NCBI GenBank assembly: GCA_964016885.1
Contig: OZ024744.1
Span: 48,670,001 to 48,734,000 of the forward strand
DNA length: 64,000 nucleotides
Source: Eledone cirrhosa
Taxonomy: Eukaryota
Reading direction: 5' to 3'
Made by a program: the position numbers and the translations under genes. The notes under the pieces are model-generated. The model was given only the letters and a program-made list of their open reading frames with translations. It was not told where the DNA came from and made no database searches. This document shows, one piece after another, positions 40,865-54,329 of this stretch; positions within the stretch are counted from its first letter, which is position 1; every line of letters begins with the position of its first letter.

Positions 40865-41572
40865 TACAGAAGTATACACTATCCTCTGCAAAGAGAAAGG
40901 TTGGGTTCTCTCCAACACAGCATCCCACCACTTACAGTGTTCCTTCATCATCTCTTCTATGCGTTTCAACATTTTGAGATAAGTTTTTACTACCTCTGCC
41001 CAGGGTTTTCTTGGTCTTCCTCTACTGCAACTTCCATTCACAGAAATCACCCAGAAATCATCCATATCCATCACATGTCCATACCAGTATAGTCTTCTTT
41101 CCACACTACATCTGATTCCTCTTATACCCAGCTTTTCTCTTTTCAACTATAACCCATTGTTCATAAACACTAACATTACATATTCAGTGGATCATTACCC
41201 ACTCAATTTCTCTCCGTGCTCCTTATATCCTCTGCATTTACTGACCATGTCTCACTGCTATGCAAGAGTTAGCATTGCCTTTCATCCTTATGGGATTTGA
41301 TAAAATAAAGTACCTGTAATGTTCTGGGGTCGATTTAATTGACTTCCCCAAAATTGTTGGGCATGTGCTTAAATCAGGAACCAATATCACACTTCTCATG
41401 CCGGCATCATACCCTTGATAGTAGTGAAAATCCCTTTGTTATCAACAGAGATAGTAGCTCCCCTGAACATTTTCCAACCTGTTTTTATGTTAGCTATTGT
41501 GCTTTCAGAGTACCACTTTCCACTGTTAATTTGATCACATAAGTAGCAGAAGCTATCAACCACTTCTATGGC
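40865..41572 (-). mobile_element. Decayed RTE LINE 3' region interrupted by a SINE A variant (41275-41385)
   Basis: IEVVDSFCYL..IKTGWKMFR; EKLGIRGIRCSVERRLYWYGHVM..RGRPRKPWAEVVK. Confidence 0.75.
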
Positions 41573-42049
41573 ACAACACAGACATACACACGCGCACACA
41601 CACACACATATATATATAAATATATGCACACACATACATGTGTGTTTAAATGGATGTTTTAGCTTAAAGGCACTCCCACCTCCCAAAACACACTAAACTT
41701 AACCCCTTTTTTCCTTATTAGTCCCCTTAAATATAAATTATTTAAGGCTTTAACTATAATGGTGGAGCCTTAATCACTATGTAAACAGAAGGGATTGTGA
41801 TTTATTTTGTTATATCTGTTTATTTACTGGGCTTGTGTTGGCTTGTGTTGGCTTGGGGGTTAAACACAGCATTCTGAGGTGATGAAGAGAAGGGAAGGAG
41901 CAGCAAGATGGTTGTGATAGAGGGGGAAAAGGAGATAGAAGGGAAAATGAAGCAGAAGGAGGAGATAGAAATTGTGAAATACATCTTCTTGGGGTTGTTT
42001 GGTGAAGAAGAAGGAGTTAGGAGTTAGTAGGAGACAATTGCTGAGGATG

Positions 42050-43540
42050 TTGTTGGTGGTGGTGGTGTTGGTGTCGGTGGTGGTGGAGGTGGCGATTTTG
42101 GTGGTGGTGGTGGTGGTGGTGGTGGTGTTGGTGGTGTGGTGTGCTGGTGGTGGTGGTGTTGGTGTTGGTGGTGGTGGTGGAGGTGGCGATTTTGGTGGTG
42201 GTGGTGGTGGTGGTGGTGGTGGTGTGCTGGTGATGGTGATGGTGGTGGCGATTTTGGTGGTGGTGGTGTTGGTGGTGGTGGTGGAGGTGGCGATTTTGGT
42301 GGTGGTGGTGGTGGTGGTGGTGGTGGTGTGCTGGTGATGGTGATGGTGGTGGCGATTTTGGTGGTGGTGGTGGTGGTGGTGGTGGTGGTGGTGGTGGTGT
42401 GCTGGTGATGGTGGTGGTGGTGGTGGTGGTGGTGGTGGTGGTGGTGGCGGCGGCGGTGGTGGCGGCGGCGGTGGTGGCGGCAGTGTTGGTGGTGTTGGTG
42501 GTGGTGGTGGTGGTGGTGGTGGTGGTGGTGTGGTGGTGGCGGTGGTGGTGTGGTGGTGTGGTGGTGGTGGTGGTGTGGTGGTTGTGGTGGTGTGGTGGTG
42601 GTGGTGGTGGTGGTGGTGGAGGTGGCGATTTTGGTGGTGGTGGTGGTGGTGGTGGTGGTGGTGGTGGTGGTGGTGGTGGTGTGCTGGTGATGGTGGTGGT
42701 GGTGTTGGTGTCGGTGGTTGTGGAGGTGGCGATTTTGGTGTTGGTGGTGGTGATGGGGGGGTGGCGATTTTGGTGGTGGTGGTGGTGGTGGTGGTGGTGG
42801 TGGTGGTGGTGGTGGTGGTGGTGGCGGCGGCGGTGGTGGCGGCGGCGGTGGTGGCGGCGGCGGTGGTGGCGGCAGTGTTGGTGGTGTTGGTGGTGGTGGT
42901 GGTGTGGTGGTGGTGGTGGTGGTGGTGGTGTGGTGGTGGCGGTGGTGGTGTGGTGGTGTGGTGGTGGTGGTGGTGTGGTAGTTGTGGTGGTGTGGTGGTG
43001 GTGGTGGTGGTGGTGGTGGTGGAGGTGGCGATTTTGGTGGTGGTGGTGGTGGTGGTGGTGGTGGTGGCGGTGGTGTTGGTGGTGTTGGTGGTGGTGGTGG
43101 TGGTGTGGTGGTGGTGGTGGTGGCGGTGGTGTTGGTGGTGTTGGTGGTGGTGTGGTGGTGGTGGTGGTGGTGGTGTGGTAGTGGTGGTGGTGGTGGTGGT
43201 GGTTGTGACAGTGGTGGTGATGGTGGTTGTATTGGGTGGTGGTGGTGGTGTTGGTGGTGGTGGTGGCAGTGACAGTGGTGGTGATGGTGGTTGTATTGGT
43301 GGTGGTGGTGGTGTTGGTGTTGTTGGTGGTGGTGGTGGTGGTAGTGGTGGCAGTGACAGTGGTGGTGATGGTGGTTGTATTGGTGGTGGTGGTGGTGGTG
43401 GTGGTGGTGGTGGTGGTGGTGGTAGTGGTGGCAGTGACAGTGGTGGTGGTTGTGTTGGGGGGGTAGTGGTGGCGGTGACAGTGGTGGTGATGGTGGTCGT
43501 GTTGGTGGTGGTGGCGGTGGTGGTGGAGGTGGTAGTTGGG
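42050..43540. repeat. 1.5-kb compound (GGT)n repeat with higher-order motifs
   Basis: GTGGCGATTTTGGT and GTGACAGTGGTGGT motifs recur within (GGT)n. Confidence 0.95.
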
Positions 43541-44529
43541 TGTTTGCAGGGAGGAAATAGAAGACCAAAGAGACCAAAGAAGAAGAAAAAGAAAAAGAAG
43601 AGGAAGAAGAAGATGAGGAGGAGGGGGAGGGGAGAAGAAAAAGAAAAAAAAAGAAAAAAGATAAAGAAGGAGGATGGAGATGAGGGGGAGGAGGAGGTGA
43701 AGAAGTAATACTTGTTGTTGGGGCCTTTGGTGTGGTAAATTCCAAAATTGGAAGTCTGGACTGAGTTTCTGCGTGCTCTTAGAAATAACACAAATTTTGA
43801 GAAGAGTACCACCAATGTAGTATGCAGGACTGTTGGTCATTTGTTATGACCCATTCCTGTATGGTAATGTTGACAACTTAATATTTGTCTATGTTCTAAC
43901 TTAAAAGAATAATAATGGCACAAGGCCAGCAATTTTGGGGGAGGGAAAATTGATTAAATTGACTCCAGTGTATTACTGGTGCTTTATTTTATCGATCACT
44001 TAAGGATGAAAGGCAGAGCTAACCTCAGCGAGATTTGAGCTCAGGTTGTAAAGAGGCGTAATAATCTTTTTTGTATTGTCCACTCTGACTGAAACAGAAA
44101 TGACAATACAAATAAGCCGGGATAGTGAGGGTTTATATAAATCAAGTAAACTGCAAAAAACAGATAAAGTAACACAGTACTCTTGGATCTCAAATAATAA
44201 GGGGTGGGGGTGGAAAATCGATCATTTTTCTAGGTTGTCTCCATTGATTTTTTTCAAAACCAGAATTAGTCGTTTAGTTTACATATTGAGACTCCAAAAC
44301 CATCATATTTATTTTATAACCTATGGGATTTCTAGTAATGTACTTTTTTGTCATGTATATTTTTTAATGTCTAAAGAATATTGATTGTTGAAGGAATGCT
44401 ACCACCTAAAATAAAATTTGGCTGAGGATAGATTAATGAAATTTAATAAGCGGGGTGATTGAGGTAAGAGCGTGGGGGCGGATCTGAAAAATTAATAAGC
44501 GAGGGGGACAATTATTCAAGAGTAACAAG

Positions 44530-45128
44530 AAAAAATGATAACTACAGGGGAAACCACCCAGGGGGTACTTTAGGGACCTCTCAGATCTAAAGATCCCCCC
44601 AATCATGAAAGATACCGTATGAAAGTGCTCCTCACTCCTCAGAATTCTTCCATCTCTAGGCACATGCTCAAACTCAGTCCATTCACTCAGGCCATCCTCC
44701 CTATGTTCACCCATCTTTTAACAAATGTATGGTGATGGGGGGGGGGGGGGGGGGCACTTCTCTTTCCCTCCTTTCCAAGTAGAACTCGAAATAGTTAATG
44801 GGGGTTGGCCGAAGAGGAAAGTGTTTGTTTTCAGTCCTTTCAGTCACATTCATCACACAACCTCTTTCACTGTAGCCACCAGACAGGAAAACTTACCAGG
44901 ACATAAAAAGCCGGCTGGGCAATCTTCAAGATAGGGTCAGCTGATAGCTAACTCTGTTCTGCACATGACAATAGGTGTTTGACAAAACTCCACAAGTTAT
45001 CAATGCTCAGATACTGGTCGAGTGCTTGCAGAATGGTTTCATTGCTATGTGGTCATCTTGAAGAGATCCATCTGACAGCACTTCTGTGCCTGTACAGCTT
45101 GTCTTGAACTGACAGTGCCTCCCAGTAA
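44530..45128 (-). mobile_element. L1/Tx1-type LINE ORF2 3' remnant
   Basis: ALSVQDKLYRH..NETILQAL (decayed CCHC knuckle)..CLVATVKEVV..LKGLKTNTFL..FVKRWVNIGRM. Confidence 0.65.
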
Positions 45129-45235
45129 ATAACAATAATAATAATGATTTTATTTATTGGCCTCAAGGGCAGACATGTAGGGGATAATACAGAAATATAG
45201 ACAGTGGAGGTTTACAATAGTTCGAGTGAAAGTAA

Positions 45236-45691
45236 TAATTGTTTCTATTTTAGGCACAAGGCCATCAAATTACCCAGTGCATTACTGGTACTTTATTTTA
45301 TCGACCCCGTAAGGATGAAAGGCAAAGTTAACCTTGGCGGGATTTGAACTCAGATCATAAAGGGACGTAACTCTATGCTTCAAAGCATGGTGTCCGACTC
45401 TCTACCAATACTGCCAATCCATCATAAAAGTAATAATTGTTTCTACTTTAGGCACAAGGCCAGCAATTTCCCAGTGCATTACTGGTACTTTATTTTATCG
45501 ACCGAAAAAGTAATAATTGTTTCTACTTTAGGCACAAGGCCAGCAATTATCCAGTGCATTACTGGTACTTTATTTTATCGACCCTGTAAGGATGAAAGGC
45601 AAAGTTAACCTCGGCGGGATTTGAAATCAGACCATAAAGGGCCGTAACTATGCTGGAAAGCATGGCGTCCGATTCTCTACCGATGTTGCCA
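45236..45691 (-). mobile_element. Stack of three head-to-tail SINE A copies
   Basis: AAAGTAATAATTGTTTCTA recurs at about 45230, 45428 and 45508. Confidence 0.85.
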
Positions 45692-45894
45692 AGTAATAAT
45701 AATAGCAAATACTCTCTGACTGTGCTTGTGTACGTATGTATATAGGATGCATTGTTACTTGTTTTCTCAAACTCTACACCAAGTACCATCTGTTATCTGT
45801 GGTACTGATATAAATTGCATCATAACAAACCATCACCCACTCTAGGCTCCTGGTTGAGACCCATTGGGATGTATGTGAATGTACAGATATCCAA

Positions 45895-46126
45895 GAAAAA
45901 AGGGAACAAGATAAACAGGCATGGAGATCTCAAACAGGAAGTTGCCACATTATAGCAAATAAAAAAAGTAGAAATAGTGCCTGTAGACGAGGGAGCACTT
46001 GGAACCGTGTCAAGGAAATTAAGGGATTGGCTTGGGAAGCTCGGAATAGAAATAAAAAACATACACATTACAAAAAGAACTTTGTTGGGAACAGCGAGAA
46101 TTTAAAGAAAAGTCTCTGAGACTTAA
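45895..46126 (+). mobile_element. R4/Dong-type LINE C-terminal (REL endonuclease) remnant
   Basis: KVEIVPVDEGALGTVSRKLRDWLGKLGIEI..LQKRTLLGTARI*RKV. Confidence 0.75.
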
Positions 46127-46271
46127 ATTTGTTATAACCAGAAGTTCCAAAGCTTAAATTTGGTTGAATATCTGCCAGTGTTTAAGAGATGATAATGATA
46201 TTAATAATGATGATGGTGATGGTGATGGTGATGGTGGTGTTGGTGATAGTGAAAATAATATTATTATTAAT

Positions 46272-46887
46272 AATTATTTCTACTTTTGGCACAAGGCTGG
46301 TACTTTATTTTATCGACCCTGTAAGGTTGAAAGGCAAAGCTAACCTCAAAGTGATTTGACCTCAGAACATAAACAGCTGTAACTCTATGCCTTTAAGCTT
46401 GTTAGTCGAAGCTCTACCGATACTGCCAATCCACTACTTTAACAATAATAATAATAATAATTGTTTCTACTTTTGGCACAAGGCCAGCAATTACCCTAGT
46501 GCATTACTGGTACTTTATTTTATCGACCCCGTAAGGATGAAAGGCAAAGTTAACCTCGGCGGGATTTGAACTCAGATCATAAAGGGACGTGAATATGCTG
46601 GAAAGCATGTCCGACCATCTACTAATACTGCCAATACACAAAACTTTAATAATAATAATTGTTTCTACTTTTGGCACAAGGTCAGCAATTAACCCAGTTA
46701 TTACTGGTACTTTCTTTTATTGATCCTGAAAGGATGAAAGGCAAAGTTAACATCAATGGGATTTGAACTCAGACCATAAAGGCACATAACTATGCTAGAA
46801 AGCATAGCATCCAACCCTCTACCGATACTGCCAGGGGGAGGGGGTACTTTATTTTATGGACCTCTTAAGGATGAAAGGCAAAGCTAA
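46272..46887 (-). mobile_element. Stack of about four SINE A copies
   Basis: Family A segments at about 46272, 46458, 46657 and 46843. Confidence 0.8.
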
Positions 46888-47579
46888 TAATATATTATGG
46901 AAAGAACTCTCCAAACAATAAAAACAACACCATCAAAAGCAACACTGCACATAGCCAAGATACACAGAACTGAGCTCAGTAATGCAGTGATGACATGCAA
47001 AAAGTAAGGAAAAAATTTTTCTTAGAAAAAGACAAGCCTTCTCTTGTAGTTGCTCACTACTTAACACCCCTCATAACCCTTCTAAGTAGCCCATGGAAAT
47101 GTGAGGAGGGTATTTTAAAATGTTTCCATTCTATTCATATCCAGCCTCACCATACTACACTTCATTTATAATTCCTTAACACCCAGTCCACCCTGTATGC
47201 CTCCCCATACAATATAACTCTGTCACCCAATACTACTAATGCCACACCCTTCCCCTATAATTCCCTACCCTAACACCAAGTCCATTTTGTATATCCTCAC
47301 TCCCACATCATCTAACCCTGTAATATACCAAACCCCAGCCCAACCCAAACACAGCCCTGACACCCAACACCAGAGCATTTGTTAGCTTTGCTTAAACCCT
47401 AAGGGCAAATTGTATCCACCAGGGGCTTTTCCTATTAAAATACAACCCCATCTCTCTCTGTGGCTGGTCTCTCTCTCCCTCTCTCTCTCTCTCTCATATA
47501 TATATATACATATATGTATGTATGTATATATATATAATATATGTATATATATATACTATGCTAGTAAATATATATATAT

Positions 47580-47627
47580 TTACTGCTGCTGCTGCCGCCA
47601 CCGCTGCTGCTGCTGCTGCTGCTGCTG

Positions 47628-47669
<42 letters not shown>

Positions 47670-47755
47670 TATACACTCATTTTTGAGGTATAGTATGCTA
47701 GTAAATATATAAATATATATACTAGCAAAGTACCCTTCAAAAATGACGGTGTTTA

Positions 47756-47810
<55 letters not shown>

Positions 47811-47880
47811 GGTGGTGGTGGTGGTGGTGGTGGTGGTGGTGGTGGTGGTGGTGGTGGTGGTGGTGGTGGTGGTGGTGGTG

Positions 47881-47948
<68 letters not shown>

Positions 47949-47964
47949 GGTGGTGATGGTGGTG

Positions 47965-48010
<46 letters not shown>

Positions 48011-48209
48011 CAGCAGCAGCATCAGCAGCAGCAGCAGCAGTAGCAGCAACAACAACAGCAGCAGCAGTAGCAGTAGTAGTAGTAGTGGTGGTGGTGGTGG
48101 TGGTGGTGGTGGTGGTGGTGGTGGTGGTGGTGGTGGTGGTGGTAGTAGTAGTAGTAGCAGCAGCAGCAGCAGCAGCAGTAGTAGCAGCAACAACAGCAGC
48201 AGCAGTAGC

Positions 48210-48263
<54 letters not shown>

Positions 48264-48291
48264 GGTGGTGGTGGTGGTGGTGGTGGTGGTG

Positions 48292-48324
<33 letters not shown>

Positions 48325-48389
48325 CCAGCAGCAGCAGCAGCAGCAACAGCAGTAGTAGCAGCAACAACAACAGCAGCAGCAGCAGTAGC

Positions 48390-48421
<32 letters not shown>
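47580..48421. repeat. (CTG/CTA)n and (TAG/TGG/CAG)n compound microsatellites in inverted arrangement
   Basis: Direct inspection. Confidence 0.9.
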
Positions 48422-48555
48422 AAGTTTACATTTTAAATAAAAATATTTTGTTTTACATATTTTGATTAATTTTGTTTTTCAAGAGATTTCGTCCTCTCTC
48501 TCTCTCTCTCTACACACACACACTCATACATATATTCTTTTTCTTTTATGCATAC

Positions 48556-48592
<37 letters not shown>

Positions 48593-48703
48593 AATGTGTG
48601 TGTATATGTGTGTGTATACAAACATTTGCTATATATTATTATACACACACATATATGTAATTACACTTGTAACCCTGTCGATTATATGTACTTTCAAATG
48701 ATT

Positions 48704-48767
<64 letters not shown>

Positions 48768-48794
48768 ATATATATATATACATACATATATATA

Positions 48795-48849
<55 letters not shown>

Positions 48850-48964
48850 TGGATATTAATCATGTTATTTTAAAGTCATTTCCCACAACTTAAAAAAATA
48901 ATTCTTAGCTAAACCAGGATATCAAATTCCAAAGCATTCCAGATCTTTCTAGAGATATAGAATA

Positions 48965-49004
<40 letters not shown>

Positions 49005-49055
49005 TGTGTCTGAGTTCGTGTGTATGTGTGTGTGCGTGTGTATATGTGTGCGTGC

Positions 49056-49106
<51 letters not shown>

Positions 49107-49646
49107 GTGTGTTGTCACCACCCTCACACATATCCCCCACCCACATAGTTGAGCCCTCCCCCCTCTTTGCCAACTTTGTATTATTCCCTTGCTCCCTCAT
49201 ACTCAGTTCCTTGTCCACCCACAATAACATGGAAAGCTTGTATGTCCCTCACAATGCTCCACTAGCCATCACTCTATAGGACATCTTTCCCTCTCAGCCC
49301 CTCCCCTTCACTCAGCAGACATTTGACCCCACCCCACATTCCCTACCATCACCAATAATTCTATCATTGACTTCCCAGTCTGGCTCGGGACACAATGAGT
49401 GCCCTAATCTTCAAAATATTAGCGTTGGTGCCCCAAGAAAATGTACTCAGACCACTTTTGTAAAGTTGTAGTGCTGATGCCACACTAAACGCACCTCGTA
49501 AAACCCCGTTTGAGTTGGGCCACGATAAAACACACCTAGAACATACTGTGACCCCAAGAATGAAATGTATAAGCAAGACAGTCACCTGACATGCCTGGCC
49601 TCATAACGTGACAACCAACGTGATAACCTGGCTAACCTCTAGAAGC

Positions 49647-49747
<101 letters not shown>

Positions 49748-51916
49748 TCACACACTCACTCACATTCACACATACACTCACACAAACACTCATGCACTCA
49801 CACGTACACACTCACACAAACACCCATACACACACTCGCACACGCATTCACACACGCACTCACACATACTCACACTGACACTCACATACACTCACACTCA
49901 CACATACACTCACACACATACACACACACTCACACAAACACTCATACACTCACACATACACACTCACACCAACACTCATACACACACTCGCACACACATT
50001 CACATTCGCACTCACACGCACTCTCTTTCACATACACACACATTCACACATACTCACATTGACACTCACATACACTGACACACATGCACACAAACACACT
50101 CACACACGCACTCACACATACGCGCGCACAAAAATACACACACACACTCTCTCTCACACACACACAGACACACTCATATAAAATGCCGATGATAATGATA
50201 TATGTTTCGTTTTTGTATTTGTTTTGCAAGATTCTTGATGAGAAATATTGTGTTGAAAGAGATATTGTCATACTTTGGGAGAGTCACTAGCCAATAAAAA
50301 CAAACACATCAGCTAGGTTTAACTTCAGTTTTAATATTAGTCAAGTAACTAATCCAATCCTCAGTTTAGTAACCGGTTGGTTATTTAATCGTCAAAGTGC
50401 TTTCATCACACATCCTGTGACCTTCTCAATAATTATTTTTGCTCTCTATGTCTCCGCTTTGTTCTGATCTTGTTTTACTTACTCTCTCTTTTGTGATGTG
50501 TGTGTATATATGTGTGTCTATGCATACTGCTACTTCTGCGTGTTTGACATGTGCATGTGTGTACGTGTATCTTTATATCTGGTGTCACCCCCTGATTTTG
50601 AGTATATGTGTCTTTATATTTTGTTTCTCTGACAAGTCAGTGTGTGTATCTTTATCATTACCAGTATATGTGGCGTATTTGTGTATGATATAATATATAT
50701 ATACCCACCAGGCTTCGTGTATCTATACTTATTTATGTTTATATGCATGTGTGAAGGCGCGTGGCTAAGTGGTTAGAGAATTGGATTCACAATATGGGGG
50801 TTGTGAATTCTATTGTCCTTGAGCAAGACATTTTATTTCAGTTTGCTCCTTCTACCAGGATTTGCGACCGATAGATAGTACTAGCAACTGGAAAGACCGA
50901 CAAAAACATTGTTTCCTCGGTTCGATTTGATGAAAGTCGATCGAACCTTTTTTTTCTTTGCATGCATGTGTATCAGTTCCTTCATGTGGTGTTGATCTCT
51001 TGTTCCTGGGTTTTATCCTGTGTAAGTGCTTATATACTTCTGCTATGTAGATGACATCAATATAGTAGCACAGCACCACCACAAGATGACATTTAAGAAC
51101 CAGAGAGCATCCAGCAAATAGCCAACTCCATCCACAGGAGTATTAAGGTAACTACTGTACAACGAAATATCACAACCACAGACTTCTTCTCTTAGACACA
51201 GAACTTTGGCTGGAAATTAGATATAGCAAAATAACCTCTTTATGTATTACACTCATCTATAGATATTGATGTTGATGTTGTTGTTGTTGGTGGTGGTGGT
51301 GGTGGTGGTGGTGGTGGTGAAGATGGTGATGATGGGAGTGGTGGTGGTGGTGATGATGTCGACGACAACGATGATGATGATGGTGGTGATGATGATTAGG
51401 ATGTTCATGATGATGATGAAAATGATGATGCTGATGATGGTGAGGGTGATGATGATGATCGCAGTGATGAATAAGAAATGGTTTATGATGACAGACTAGT
51501 CAGAGTTAGACCAACCAAGCAAGCAGACATCTAATCATCCATCCATCCACTAAGAACTTTTCCTCCCCAATTCTTGCAGGATTTTGACAAAAAAGAAAAG
51601 CAAAACTAGATCGTAAATTATGATTGCGAATAACTTGACAATTTTAACATCAATTCTGACAGGGAATGGTCATGATTTATAGCTGAACACTCAGCTATTT
51701 CCCTGGTCATTAATGTAATGAAAAATGGCTGACACAAATCCATGGAAAATACATGGAAAATAGCACAAATATATCGTTTTTGTATTTGTTTTGTAAGATT
51801 CATATTGTGAAATCTTGTGTTGAAACAGATATTGTTATACATTGTGAGTGTTATGTTGCCAATAAACAGACATACACCAGCTGAGTTTCACTTGGGTTTT
51901 ATTATTAGTCAACTAA

Positions 51917-52079
51917 AAGGGTCGGACGCCATGCTTTACAGCATAGAGTTACGGCCCTTTACGGTCTGAGTTCAAATCCCGCCAAGGTTAACTTTGCCTT
52001 TCATAACGACGGAGTCGTTATAATAAAGTACCAGTAATGCACTGGGATAATTGCTGGCCTTGTGCCAAAAGTAGAAACA
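51917..52079 (+). mobile_element. 5'-truncated SINE A with 16-bp TSD
   Basis: ATTATTAGTCAACTAA at 51901-51916 and 52080-52095. Confidence 0.9.
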
Positions 52080-52678
52080 ATTATTAGTCAACTAATTCCT
52101 TGGTTAGTTTAGTAGCTTGATGGTTATTTAGTTGTCAAAACACTTTCATCATACATTCTGTGAATTTCTCTATGACTATTTTAACTCTCAGTGACGTCTT
52201 TGTGTTGACTCCATTCTGTCTTTCTCCGGTGCGTGTGTGCAGGTTGAAAATAAAATTGAAGTGAAATTCGGCTGGTGTCTCTATTTTTTTATTGACCGCA
52301 TCACAATAAGCACACATATTTTTCGTCAGCTCGTCTTTGAGATTCATGTGTGTGCATTTATCTATTTATTCATTTATTTAATTAATTATTTATTTATTCA
52401 TCAATTTAAACGTCTGTGTAGAGCTAGTAAGTCATGACAGATTAGGGGAAGTATCAAGTATTCCTTACAGTTGGTAATCAAAAAGAGCTAGTGAGACAAG
52501 TTATAAAAAAATTTAAAAAAGGAAAACTAAAAATTAAAAAAAATGATAATAAAAATTTCAAATATTGAAGGCCAATGATGGGGGGGGGGGCGATTATGCA
52601 GGAGAAAGAGAAAAAGAGAAAGAAAACAGGAAACAAAGGATGCTGTAAAACATACACACACATATATATATATGTAAA

Positions 52679-52715
<37 letters not shown>

Positions 52716-53859
52716 CATATATATATATATAGGGAGGCTAATCCCCGCTGAAGACGTGATTCCAGCCACTTACGTAACGTTTACTAAAATTACCTTATTT
52801 CTGCACTCGGCGATTCCATTTGGACTACCGCTGGCAGAGCAGATCGAAATCACAAAAACTAATGCATTGTTCCGGGGCCGGAAGATCAAATTTCCTACCC
52901 ACACAAAATCATTTGTCGCTCTCATTAACGTATAAGTGTGCACTCTAGCTTCTTGAGTGTGTGTCTTAATAATACATAATTAAATCATTGAGTGATTGAG
53001 AAAACGATTGAGGGTGTGTCGGTCCTACGCGATAGGCTTCGTTTCATAATTATACACGCACACGCACACGCACACGCGCGCACACACACGCACGCACGCA
53101 CGCACGCACACACACATACATATATATATATACTTGAACTGTATATATATATGTATATATATATATATATATATATACAGTTCAAGGAAACGACAAAACA
53201 GAACAGAGGTACAAAAAATCTTATTAGTTTCACACTTTATATGGAAAAGGGGAAAGAAATTTCAACGTATCGGGCTTTAGCCCTTCTTCGGGAGTACAAA
53301 AGTAGAGACAGGATCACAAAGGATAGACACAAGAAATAAAGGTAGTCAGTAGTAAAAAAACAAAATAATAAAATGAGACAAGAGAAATCGTTAGGTTGTC
53401 TTGGTAAGGAATCTGGGCACTAAGTGAAATGTGTGTGTAGTCGATATTATGTGTGAGTGTGTATGTATCTTTAAACATGCGTGTGTGTTTATTTATTGTA
53501 TAAAGTATCAATGTTTGTGTGTGTTAAACATATATCCGTGCGGTGTGTGGTTGTGGATCTTATGTGAGAGTGATGTAAGTTTGAATGTGTGTATTGTATA
53601 TGTGCGTTGAAGTTTATTTTGTACGTGTAAATATCTGGCAGTGATTTGTAGGTCCGTGGGATGTGTGGATTTGTATGTGTGAGTGTATGTTTAAATGTTA
53701 ATGTGTGTATGTAAGCTGAAGTTTATATTGTGTATACGTGTAAAGTATCTAACAGTGATATGTATGTAAGAGTGTATATATGTTTTAACGAGTTTGTGAC
53801 ATAGGATAAAGGAAGTATGTTTAGTATGTGTTTGAGAGTATATGGCAGAGCCGATTATA

Positions 53860-54027
53860 GGAAGATGGGTGGACATTAAGACCAGGGAGGAGGAGGTGAA
53901 AGGTTTGTAAGGAAAAAATAAGTTGCTGTTCTCTTCGCCAGCGTGAGTTAGCAGGTCTGGCACAATGTGCGAGCCCGAAGACATTGAGGTGGCCGGCAGA
54001 TCGAAAATGTCGGGAGATAGGAGTCAA
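53860..54027 (-). mobile_element. Penelope-like GIY-YIG C-terminal remnant
   Basis: TPISRHFRSAGH..RWRREQQLIFSLQT..PGLN; homologous to 24810-24965. Confidence 0.75.
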
Positions 54028-54035
54028 TATATATG

Positions 54036-54320
54036 TGTGAAGGCTTAGTGGTTAGAGCAGTGGGCTTGCAATCAGGAGGTTGTGAATTCGATTCTCCGAC
54101 CGGGTGATGCCTTTCACGTTGTTCCAGTTTACTCAACTGTAAAAATGAGCTGCGACGTCACTGTGCTAAGCTGAATCAGCCTTTGCCTTTCCCTTGAACA
54201 ACATCGGTGGTGTTGAGAGGGGAGACTGGTATGTATGTAGACTGTTGGTCTTCCACAAAAACACCTCGGATGGGAACTTGCAAATCCCATGGTCATTCTT
54301 GAACGAAGCGGGATTTTACT
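54036..54320 (+). mobile_element. SINE with a family-B-like tRNA head but a different 3' part
   Basis: GGCTTAGTGGTTAGAGCAG..GAATTCGATTC..TCCAGTTTACTCAACTGTAAAAATGAG, then an unrelated tail. Confidence 0.6.
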
Positions 54321-54329
54321 CTTGTTAAA

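Noticed and set aside
41860-43840. 570-650 aa Pro/Thr/His-rich ORFs resembling extensin or mucin
   Set aside because: (CCA)n is stop-free in all frames and the modules switch frame; no domain or credible start context
44178-44524. Possible MITE with TACTCTTG termini
   Set aside because: The terminal match is only about 8 bp and there is no second copy in the window
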